Shown piece after piece: positions 51,216-64,000 of a stretch of 64,000 bases of DNA. The notes beneath the pieces were generated by a model. The model was not told the DNA's origin and searched no databases. It worked only from the letters and a program-made list of their open reading frames with translations. Within the stretch, counting starts at the first letter, position 1; each line of letters begins with the position of its first letter. The DNA lies in contig CM119264.1 in NCBI GenBank assembly GCA_051294375.1, positions 23,185,955 to 23,249,954 of the forward strand, given 5' to 3'. A program made the position numbers and the translations under genes. This stretch comes from Paraspadella gotoi (taxonomy: Eukaryota; Animalia; Chaetognatha).

Positions 51216-51298
<83 letters not shown>

Positions 51299-51754
51299 TC
51301 TCTCAGACGGTTGATTTCTCTGTCTCTAAATTCCCTCCTGCTTCCCCTTTTCCACTCCCCTCTCCCTTCCTCCCTCCAAGCGAGATAGCGAGCAACGAGT
51401 CCCCGAGCTATCTCCCCGGAATCGCTCCGCCGCGATAACATTCGCGATGTTTTGCCTTCATCTCCATGGCAACAATGATGTTTATTTGAATCTTCCCGCG
51501 GCAACAATCGTGTTTATTTGAATCCCTCTCTCTTCATCTCCATGGCAACAATGAGCGCCGACTGCTTTCGACAACAAAAGGGGACTCCCCCTCGCTCTTC
51601 TTCTTCCTCCCCCTCTCCTCTCTCCTACCCTTCGTCTCCGTTTAGGAGCTCAAACTCTCCTCCCGCTCAAAGATCATCAAAGTTTTTCTTACGAATCTCT
51701 CTCAGCACAATTACGATTTTTCTTCTTCCCTTCACCAAGTTTTTTCAAACTCTG

Positions 51755-51799
<45 letters not shown>

Positions 51800-52966
51800 A
51801 ATCTCTTTCTTTTTTGCTAAGATAAGTTCACCTGATGATGTCTTCTTCGTGTGTCCCCGAAGAGTGGCCTAAAAGTGGCCTTAAACTTGCCTTAAAAGGT
51901 GGCCTTAAACTTACATTGAAGTGGCCTTAAACTTGCCTTAAAAGTGGCCTAAAATTTGCCTTAGAAAAGGCCTTTAATTGTCTCAGAAGGTTCCTTCAAA
52001 GGCTTTTTAATGGCAAAAATTGTGATTCAAAAAAATAGTCAATCCGATCTTCTTTTTTTTTTTCGACCGAAACTGCAGGAGGCGCAGGCGGCGCTGGGTC
52101 GCGGCAACCTCTACAGTCGACAGGCTATCATCCCGATGTCGGGGAATTCGGCGGGAAATCCTGAGACGCTGCCCAAGAGTTGGGTTGGGGGAAACATGTG
52201 GTGGTGAGAGAGAATGCCGTGTACGGAAGAATTCGGCATATGATTTTAATTTTTTTTCACAAATATTATTAAAATCAATATTTATCATCTCTCCTTCATA
52301 TTATTATCTTTCCACTGCGAAGGCTCGGAAGATCCGACGTCGAGCTCATGCGTCGAATGTGCGTCAAGCCGCGCCTGCGCCGTTGGTACTGCGCCGTGAC
52401 GCTAAAAGAGGGCGTGGTCGTCGCGTCGACGTCTCTGCGGAAGGCGCAATCGGTTCTAGGGAAGGGGAATGTTTTTCAGCGGCAGTCGATCGTCCCTATG
52501 ACGGGATTCGTGGCCGGAAACCCTGAGACCTTACCCAAGGTGCGTTTAGAGGAAAAGAAGGAAGAAGCCAGAATGAAGGAGGAGTCTGAGACCCGGGGGT
52601 TAGTTGAGGGGTTGGAGAAGGGGGGAGAAAGAGGAGAGAGAGTCCGGTTCTCAAAGTGATGTCGGTTAAAAGAAATTGTGATCGTCAATCTAGAAATCTA
52701 ATATACATCAATTAGGTACATCGCCTCTTGAAAAGTCGTACGCTGTTGTTGTAGTGAAAAGATTATGACTAGTATTTTGTCTCGTTTTAAGTTTTTGATT
52801 TGACTAAATAAAATACCTGTTCCCCTTTCGATTTCGTCAGGCGTGGAAGACAGGGTCCATGTGGTGGATGAATTACCAAGAAATCTTGAAAATGCAAAAC
52901 TCGTGCGTCGAATTCTCCGTCAAAAGAGGAATTCCTTTCGACGTCAGTGGAAACGTCGTCCTTTGA
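48370..52966 (+). CDS. 3' part of a protein with two tandem ~80-aa repeats of an unrecognised domain; interrupted by a gap and a misplaced duplicate
   Basis: Exons 48370-48530 (tentative), 51073-51137 + 52073-52203, 52323-52539, 52841-52966 (TGA). Repeats: KWFLLSALQRGVEQMTTS|LQEAQAALGRGNLYSRQAIIPMSGNSAGNPETLPKSWVGGNMWW and RWYCAVTLKEGVVVASTSLRKAQSVLGKGNVFQRQSIVPMTGFVAGNPETLPKAWKTGSMWW. Confidence 0.75.
50148..50299. mobile_element. MITE-like element with imperfect TIRs and internal ~15-bp subrepeats
   Basis: Left end GGTGTAGCAGGATTGTGCCACGTA versus reverse complement of right end GGTTTCCATTAGATTGTACCCACGTA; internal ATTG(N)2-3CC units. Confidence 0.55.
51138..51162. other. Scaffold gap (25 N)
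   Basis: Run of N. Confidence 1.
51163..52072 (+). repeat. Duplicate of 47338-48253, inserted mid-exon (likely assembly artefact)
   Basis: Near-identical from ATGTGGGGGGGGGAGAATCTG to TTTTTCGACCGAA. Removing it and the gap rejoins ...ACGACGTCT to CTGCAGGAG... in frame. Confidence 0.85.
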
Positions 52967-53152
52967 AATTCGCGCCCAAAGGATTTGTGCGTTTCTGTTC
53001 TCGTTTTAAAAAAAGTTGAGATCTCGGTTCAAGTCAACAGTACAATGAAAACAAACTCTTTAAAATTCTTTCTGGGTAAGTTTATTTCGATTAAAAAGTA
53101 GTAGTCAGAAGTTGAGTAATCGTGCTACAGGCGAAAAAGGCGAAATAGGATA

Positions 53153-53270
53153 GTCGTTTGATGCAAGCGGCGATCGTCTCACGTTGCGAGAGACGATCGT
53201 CGTTTGATGCAAGAGGCGATCGTCTCACGATGCGAGAGACGATCGTCTTTTGATGCAAGCGGCGATCGCC
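53153..53270. repeat. 46-bp tandem repeat (~2.5 copies), each full unit containing a hairpin
   Basis: Unit GTCGTTTGATGCAAGCGG CGATCGTCTC-ACGTTGCGA-GAGACGATCG. Confidence 0.85.
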
Positions 53271-54197
53271 CTGCGACGTAGTCTCCTATTTTTTATCGTC
53301 TCAAGTTTCATTTTCGAACGAGTCTTTGTGCTTCGTTTTTCGGCGCGCCTCTGTCCACCCCCACCGTCACACACTACTCACCACTCTACGATTTTTTCTT
53401 CGCCCTCCTCATCTCCTCCTCCTCCTCCTCCTCCTCCTCCTCCTCCGATTCTTTTCTTTTCTCTTTTTTTCAATTTTTTAACTTCACCGTTCGACTTTTG
53501 TTCGTCTCTTCGTCGACCGTTTCCAAAAAAAAAAAACTTTATTCACCCCTGACGCCCACAACTCACCCTTTTCTCTACCACCCATCCTTTCCCCACCCCT
53601 CCCCTCCTCCACCCCAGCCGGGCAAGACGGAGTTATTTTGGATTTTACTTTTCTTTCTGCCGAATTTTTTTTTCTTTCGCGTCTAAAAAAAAAAGAGAAT
53701 TGAAGAAGTTGAATCCCAGAGGAAGAAATAAAAATGGAGCAACGAAATGGCGCTGACGTGAGTCGCGGCGTACATTTTAGTATTCAACTATTTCAATTAT
53801 ATTATATTTAAAAATTAAATTTTTTATACTTCACTTATAAAAGTTTTTTCTATTGAAAAAAAAAATCGTCAATTGAAGTAAAATTCAAAAATAACAAAAT
53901 TATTTGTATTATATTCGTAAAAAAGTAATTAAATATTAATAAATAATATAAAATAATAAAATTTCTGAAAAATTAAACGTTTTAAAACAGGGTCGCCCCC
54001 CGCGACTAGAAATCGAAGATTCGCGAGACTTTTTGTTGTCATTCGACTTCGAGTGTCTTTTGTCATTCATCTCACGAGTTCTAACGCAGCTCGACGGTAG
54101 AGGGACGAGGAAAATACGCGCTTTTTTATTTTGTATAAAAACTGACTTTACGGGTTTTTTTGAAAAGTTTGCACACGAGAAAGGGAGTGAGGCATTT

Positions 54198-54299
<102 letters not shown>

Positions 54300-54670
54300 G
54301 AGAGAGAGAGAGAGTGGTCCAATGGAAGAGGAAGGCGGGCCTAATCCCCCCGAGATCGAGGGACCTGCTGCTTTTTCTTTATTTCATCCTCTCTTCTTTT
54401 TTTTTCCGACTTCTTTTCTCCTCTCTCCGTCGCGTTCCCTTTCTTTCTTTTCTTCCCTCCTTCCCAATCTCTCTTTTCTTTCCTCTCCTCTTTTCTTCCC
54501 TTTTTATCTTTCGTGTTCTTTTGTCATTTTTTTTGGGCAGAGGGCGTCTCGTTCGCCCGCTCCTCCTCTTCGCTCCTCCTCCTCGCTCCTCCTCTCCTCT
54601 CCTCCGCCCCTCTTGAAAAAAAGATGAAGTCGCTTCATGGAAATCCATTCTTTAACGAATTCAATTCTTC

Positions 54671-54761
<91 letters not shown>
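54671..54761. repeat. (GAC)n microsatellite (another at 55877-55932)
   Basis: Direct reading. Confidence 0.95.
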
Positions 54762-54762
<1 letters not shown>

Positions 54763-55875
54763 TTCGCCCCTGGTTCGATCGACGAAGTCAGTGGGTGAGT
54801 CTCGTTTTTTTTTCTTCGGGAAAAAGAAAATTCGTTGGTTCGGAGGCCATTTTGATTTTTAAAATTTGACTTTTTTGAATCTTTACTCTCTACCGCCAAA
54901 TCGACGCACCGTAAGACCGTATGACAATGACGAGGGTAAAAATATAAAATACGATGAAGGTAATAAACCATCATCGTTTAATAAAACAAGTAAACTTGAT
55001 AGGATCATAGCGTAAATAACAATACTGAATTACTTTTGATACAGATTTAATCCCGTGACCAGTATACCAGTAAACCAGTAAACCGTTTTACAGTAAACAA
55101 GTAAAACCAGTAAACAGAAATTCAATAGAAAATTATAAGAGCAAAATCCGCAGTTTGGCCCGCGTTTGTCCTCAGATTGGCCTCAGATTCTTGGCGGCCG
55201 TCTCGTCACGTGACTCTTTGGCCTCTCGTGGGCGGCGGATTCGCGTCGGACAACAATGAAGACGTAATGGTTATTGGATTGTCCCGGGGAAGTTGGGCGA
55301 TGAAAAGGGGAAGGGGAGAGAAAAGAGAGGCGAGAAGATGAGGGTTGGGAAAATGTGATAGAATATGAAGTGAAGATATCAACAAGGATGGCGGGATGGC
55401 GTGTGAAAACCAGACAACAAACGCTCTGTCTTCACATTCTGTGGGTGGAACCATCCATCGTCGACCACAATGGAACCGCGTCATTACAATGGCGTTCAGG
55501 ATGACATTAGGCAACTATAAAGAAACCGATAAAACAAAACAAACGATTACGTAAATATTCACCAGTTGCTATGTTAATGTGAATCATAAATGAGCCGCAA
55601 AACATACTTTACCGGCTTCTTAACCGCGCGTCCCTATTCCCTGTCCCTTAAAAATGATTACCTTTTCAGTTTCTTCTTTTTTTTGGGTCCCTTTTCTTAT
55701 GCCTCATACTCCCTACTCCCCACTACCCACAACCCTCTCTCAACTTCTCCCTTTTCTTCTTCACCGAATCGAATCGCCCCTCTCCCTGCCTCCCCACAAA
55801 ATCCCCTCGGGTTCGCTATGGTCACAACGGAGGCCGAGGATGATAATAAGTCATTTTATTTCTCGCCCACGAAAC

Positions 55876-55934
<59 letters not shown>

Positions 55935-55944
55935 GAAAAGCAGA

Positions 55945-56012
55945 AAGGCGTGCGCAATGGTTAAGCGTCCGACTTTGATCTACGATATCTCTGGTTCGAA
56001 TCTCAATCCACA
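55945..56012 (+). pseudogene. Degenerate tRNA-like sequence (Gln-TTG-like) or SINE head
   Basis: GCGCAATGGTTAAGCG D-arm/A box, GACTTTGAT anticodon loop and GGTTCGAATC B box; acceptor and T stems do not pair. Confidence 0.5.
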
Positions 56013-56710
56013 AACCAAGAGACGCGATCACTCAATGGACTTTGACTCTGACTCGTGGAAACAATTTCGATTGGCGCCCTCAAAACATCGTCGTAGCGTT
56101 TTAGGTTAATGTCAATGTTAACACGATATTACAAGGTTTATACAGCAAGCTTGTTTTCTTGAAGCTCATCGGGTACGTACAAAGAAACGTCACAACGTTA
56201 AACCAAAAGCAAGACAACAATGACTATGACAATAACGACGACAACGACAACCAAAACAATAACAACGACGACGAGGGCGTGGACGTGGACGTCCAGACAC
56301 AAAAGTGGGCGCGGTTCGGACGAAGAGACCTTCGCCTTCCACTGGTTGACTGAATTAACTCGATGTCGTGATCTTTAATTCTCTTTCTCCACTGCAAGGC
56401 TGAACGCTTTCTTTCTTTCTTTCTATCTTTCTTTCTTTTTTATTGTTTTCTTTCTTTCTTTCTTTCTTTTTTCTTTTTTTAATTCTTTCTTTATCTATTA
56501 CTTTAATGCTTTCTTTCTAACTTTTTTTTCTAGCTTTAAACTTTTCTTTTTCTTTCCCTTTTCTATATTTCTTTCTTATTTGGTTATTTACTTTTCTTCA
56601 TCTACTTCTTTTCCCTCTCATTCCTTTTTCCGTCTCAAAGCGCTATCCATAATTTAAACATCCTTTAGTGATTGGCTTCCAACCAATCCTTATTCAACAT
56701 TCACTCTCTC

Positions 56711-56759
<49 letters not shown>

Positions 56760-56947
56760 TTCCTCAACTTTTTGTTCGCTTTTGGGGGAAAAAAGCCTCC
56801 TTTTTTTCGGCGAAAACGTGAATATAAAAAGCTTCAACTTCCCAAATTCTTGATCGTTTTATCCATTAAGGGTTTTTTAGGATTTATCGTATTATCACGT
56901 TCTACGCTCTCGATTGACTCTTTTCATAATCCGAAAGAGAGAAGAGG

Positions 56948-57015
<68 letters not shown>

Positions 57016-57236
57016 GAGAGAGAGAGAGAGAGGAGAGAGAGTGGTCGTTCCCTTGCTTTGCCAACGGTCGCCACGACCGATGTTTGGGCAGAGAGATTCG
57101 AAGAGATCAATGATTGTTTCGGTCGACGCCGCCAAAAGAGATTTTCGCAAATGAACCATTATGGGTGTTGTTGGGATTATGGTGCAGTCCACGAAAAGAG
57201 AGAGGAGAGAGAGAGGAGGAGAGAGAGAGAGAGAGA

Positions 57237-57292
<56 letters not shown>

Positions 57293-58023
57293 TGAGAGAA
57301 GCGTTTTTCCTCGCAAAAATGTACATTAATACTGGCTTAGTGTGTGTTAGTATATACGTATATTTTCAATTTGGGAAGTCCCAATACTGAAAGTAAATGC
57401 ACGAAAAAAAATACAGTTCAAACTTTACACTGTAAATCAAAAATCAAAGATTAAAGCACATAGATGTCAAGCTGTGAAGAGGGCGAATGACAATTGTTTT
57501 CTGTTTTCTGTTTGAAGAACTAATTTTTGGACGCAAACCATTTACATCAAACTCTCTCTCTATGACTCTTTTTCTTGACGGTTTTGAGTTTCGATCGATT
57601 CTTGTCACTCTGTCTCTGTCTCGCTCTCGTTTATTTGGCATTATTTCTCTGATGATTCATTAAAGTAAATAGCTTTCCCTTTCTCTTCTCTGATTTTCTT
57701 CATTGGCGAAATCAACCAGAAATTTCCCTTGATGAAAAGTGGCATCAAGACATGATGAACAAATTGAGGTCGCGTCATTGCCGATAATTTATTACCTGAA
57801 TAATAAATATCATTTATGCAACAACAAAAGACGACAGCCCTTAAAAAAGACAGCCAATCAGACAATAAAAATGCCACAAAAGTCAAAACAATTTTAAATC
57901 GTGACTAAAAAGAAAATAGACTTCAATAGAGTGATAAGGCCTAATTTGTACAGACTTACACAACCATGGTGCGATTATAAATAAGTATAAAATTGAAATA
58001 TGAAATGATTGTATTCTTAAACT

Positions 58024-58089
<66 letters not shown>

Positions 58090-58335
58090 TCTCTCTCTCT
58101 CTCCTTCACGACCAGAGAAAAGATTTTGGTGTTGGGATTGATTGGGATTTATGCTCCTTTACTGTGCAACGAAAGGGGAGTGGTGACCAAAGCTTTAGAA
58201 GGGAAGACGACGACGATGACGACAACGACGACGACGCATTGGAAAGGCCTCTATAAATAACAATCGAAGGGACAACAGCTTCTTGTAAAAGGCTAATTCT
58301 GACCGGAAAGATTGAGAAGAGAAGAGAAGAGAGAA

Positions 58336-58389
<54 letters not shown>

Positions 58390-58736
58390 TCCTTTTTTAT
58401 CACTAGAATCTCTATTTTAACCAATTCTTCTCTTATCTTTTTTCCACCACCTCATATTTTTTTCAACCTCCCTTTATTTGTTCTCCAACCTTGGCCTCTC
58501 CTAGAAAGTTCTCCTTTCCTCCCTCCTCTTTCTTAAAATATTTCTTTAAAACTTGTTTTCCTTTATTCTTTCCTTTGCTTTACTTTACCCTACCTTCCCT
58601 TCATCCCTGATACTTTTCCCTTTCCCGTACCCTACCTCTTTCTCCTTTCCACCCCTGGCGACAGATTTCCAAAGCGGCGTCAGATAAATGGTTGCGCTGA
58701 AGACGCTCCGCGTTTTTCCCGCCATTTTGGTCGCCA

Positions 58737-58801
<65 letters not shown>

Positions 58802-59499
58802 CATCGGAGTTCAAGTTTTTCTTCGATAATTTCGTTTTCGGGTCACAAATCTTTGTCATCACTCACCCTCACGCAGCGGCGCCGAAAGTCGGGATGAATA
58901 TCGACAAAAAAAGTCTTCCTCGTCTTCCTCGTCTTCCTCGGCGGCGGCGGCGGTGGCGGCGGCGCTCTTGTCGGCCACGGAGCCGGCGGCGGCGAAAGCG
59001 GCGACGTTTTCGTCTCGTTATTTCTTTTTTTTTTTTAAATCCATTAGAAAGAATTACAAAACCACAAAACATTAAACATCCTCCACATTCAACCCACTCT
59101 TCTTTCTCTGGCCCTCCTCTTGTCGCACACCTCCCAGTCCTACCTCTTCTTCCTCCTCCTCCTCCTCCTCCTCCTCCTCCTTTCTTTCTTTCTCATACCC
59201 AGTCTCGCCGGTTAAATGAATGAATGAAACAATCATTAAAGAAGAAAAATAATGTAACGGAAATTAGCTGACAGCGCAATCATGGGGAGGTCTCTCTGGT
59301 TTTAGGAATTTGAAAAGAAGTCTGATAAAATGGGGAGGAAGAGGAGGAAGAGGAGGAGGAAAGGGAGGAAGAGGATGTCGTAGGAGGAGGGAGACTAAGT
59401 AGAGCAATTTAGAACGGTGCAGAGCGGTTTATAAAATAAAATGAATAAAGGTTAAATTTAATAAGTATTAGTTAAATTTAAAAAAACTAAACAAACAGG

Positions 59500-59714
59500 T
59501 GAAGAGACAGTAATTATTGATAAGTGTTAATGACAGAACCGTTCAATATAAGCAGTCCCTGAGCTTTGGAACAGGCTGTAACACCATGTTACAGGCGGGT
59601 TAAGCGCCCCATCCCTCTTAACTGCTCGGCGGCCACCGGGCTAGAACCCCGGACCTTTGGTTTGGGAGGCGAATGACTTGCTGATGAACGGTTGGTGGAT
59701 TTTAGTCCACCATA
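59500..59714 (-). mobile_element. Family-A insertion with 4-bp TSD CAGG
   Basis: CAGG at 59496-59499 and 59715-59718. Reverse complement of 1131-1364 with a ~19-bp internal deletion. Confidence 0.85.
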
Positions 59715-59855
59715 CAGGCTTTATTTTGATAAAGATAAATTAACAGGTCAAACAACTTAAAAGTTGATAAAATAGAATCATTGACATTGTTATGATCAAA
59801 AAGTATTTAAAATTAACTTTGACCAATATAGAGAGAATCAAATTAAATATCATAG

Positions 59856-60140
59856 TGTAGTCGGGCATTGCCTAGGTTCACCCCGCCTCTAAGCATGACA
59901 CCTTCAGTCCTGACCCGGTAGCTCATTGAGTAAAGCCATCAGCTCATGACCACTAGGTACCGGGTTCAATCCCAACCCGGTACCTGCCCTGCGGGAAGCG
60001 TGAGGACGGCCGTAAGCCGCCTTGGGGGCGTGGCAACCCCTCAAGCCTGGTTCCAAGCCCAGGACCCGTTCCATGGCTACTAAAGGGGGTTATAGAAGTT
60101 ACGGATAGTCATCTTCAGCCCACTTAGCACCTTATCCACA
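59856..60140 (+). mobile_element. Family-B 285-bp solo-LTR-like element (TGTAG...CCACA), TSD ATAG, with a tRNA-derived cassette
   Basis: ATAG at 59852-59855 and 60141-60144. CCCGGTAGCTCATTGAGTAAAGCCATCAG resembles the 5' half of tRNA-Lys/Met; GGGTTCAATCCC B box. Second copy at 39719-40033. Confidence 0.85.
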
Positions 60141-61191
60141 ATAGAAAGCAGATATAATTAAAAGCAAAAAAGAAAAGGAATAAATTTAAACGAAAAGAAA
60201 GTAAACTTTTCTTTTCTAGAATTTGAGATATAATCGTCGACCAGAAACAGGGCCACATTTTATTTAAATTGACTTGTTTGTGTACTTTGTAGAAACGTCC
60301 GTCTTAATTTTTTTCCGTTAATGATTACATGCTATGTCATTATCTTGTAAGAGTGATGGAGGCCTTAAACCACCAAAGCCTGTCCAAAGTCAGGGGCAAG
60401 ATAGCTTATTTATTAAATGAATGGATAATTTTTATATTGGTTGTACCAATTTCATAAATATTAATTAAAATATTTTATTTCTGTCATACAGTCCGACAAA
60501 GTATCGAGGTCATGTCGGCCGAACCACGAAAAAAAAAATATTCTTATCTCAAATCTCTCGATTTTTTTCATTCTTTCGATTCCGTTCGGTATTTGTTATT
60601 TCTTTCCTTTCCTCCTTATCCTTCCTTTTCCTCCAAACTCGTTTTCCTCTCATCATTCATCATCTCATCTCCGGCCCAAAAGGAAAAAAAATAGAAAAAT
60701 TGAAGGACAAGAAAATAACTTTTACTTCCTCCTTTAAATCTTCTTCTCTCCTTAATACTCAGGGTTTGACGATGTTTCTTCGATTTTCATGCTTCTTTAC
60801 TTTTGACCTTCTTTCTTTTAACTTTTCAATCACAATTCTTCGATTCTATATCTTTACTTAAACCTACTTCCTGCTTGTTCCAGGTCCACCTTGTCTTCCG
60901 TTACCTCCTCCACGTCTCTGTTCTGTCTTCTCACATGCCACTGTCCACTGTGTCCACTGTCCTCTGTGTCCAGTGTCCACTGTGTCCAGAGTCCAGTCCT
61001 TCGTCCTGTCCCGTCCTTCGAATGATCCGCAGAAAGGGCGACCTATCTTTGACCGTCGTCGTCGTCGTCGCCGGTCCCATAATGTTAGAGAGACACGCGA
61101 AAGAATGCGCTCTTGTCCTCTATTTTAGTTTCGGCAAGATCAGGTTGCTAATTTGCAGAGAGAGAGAGAAAGAAGAGAGAAAAAGATGAGG

Positions 61192-61315
<124 letters not shown>

Positions 61316-61574
61316 AGCCAGTTTCCAGTCGAGATGTCTCCCAGTTTTCAGTCCCGGACGGACAAGTCTTATTTCTCTCTTCTCTTTTCTCTTTTTTTTG
61401 CTTTTTCCTTTCGTCCTCAAAATTCAATCGGATGACGTTTTTCCAAAAAAATCATTTACAGTTGGCAACAACAACGAAAAAAAGAGGATCTATTGCTTGA
61501 ACATAAAAAAACTACCCAAAAAATTTAAGACCAACCAAATTATCTTAATAAAACAAAAACAAAAATAAAAGAAA

Positions 61575-64000
<2,426 letters not shown>

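Noticed and set aside
53153-53270. CRISPR-like palindromic repeats
   Set aside because: Head-to-tail units without unique spacers, eukaryotic context, no cas genes.
59680-59720. CTGATGA hammerhead core in the family-A element
   Set aside because: No GAAA after a stem II and no matching cleavage-site helices.

Overview
Eukaryotic, intron-rich animal-like genomic DNA (GC-rich exons, AT-rich introns, many (GA)n/(GAC)n/(GAAA)n microsatellites, two 25-N scaffold gaps); the taxon cannot be fixed from sequence alone. Genes reconstructed by hand from GT-AG exons: a HEPN (DZIP3-type) RNase-domain ORF running off the left edge, an uncharacterised coiled-coil/acidic protein, an ABHD6-like alpha/beta hydrolase, an uncharacterised multipass membrane protein, CEP104, a MATH-BTB (SPOP-like) adaptor, a protein with a tandem ~80-aa unknown repeat, and a divergent Na+/Ca2+ exchanger (SLC8/NCX) running off the right edge. 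Two diverged U4 snRNA genes lie antisense inside introns. About 30-52 kb is largely duplicated or triplicated, with an indel-ridden copy that looks like a gap-filling artefact from the other haplotype. The most striking signal is a set of short (27-343 bp), sequence-heterogeneous insertions that share TG...CA/TA ends and exact 4-bp target-site duplications and lack extended TIRs. Several carry tRNA-derived Pol III promoter cassettes, one has 5S-like ends and one has a twister-ribozyme-like motif; several are present in one duplicate copy and absent in the other. All calls are by eye; no database search was run.
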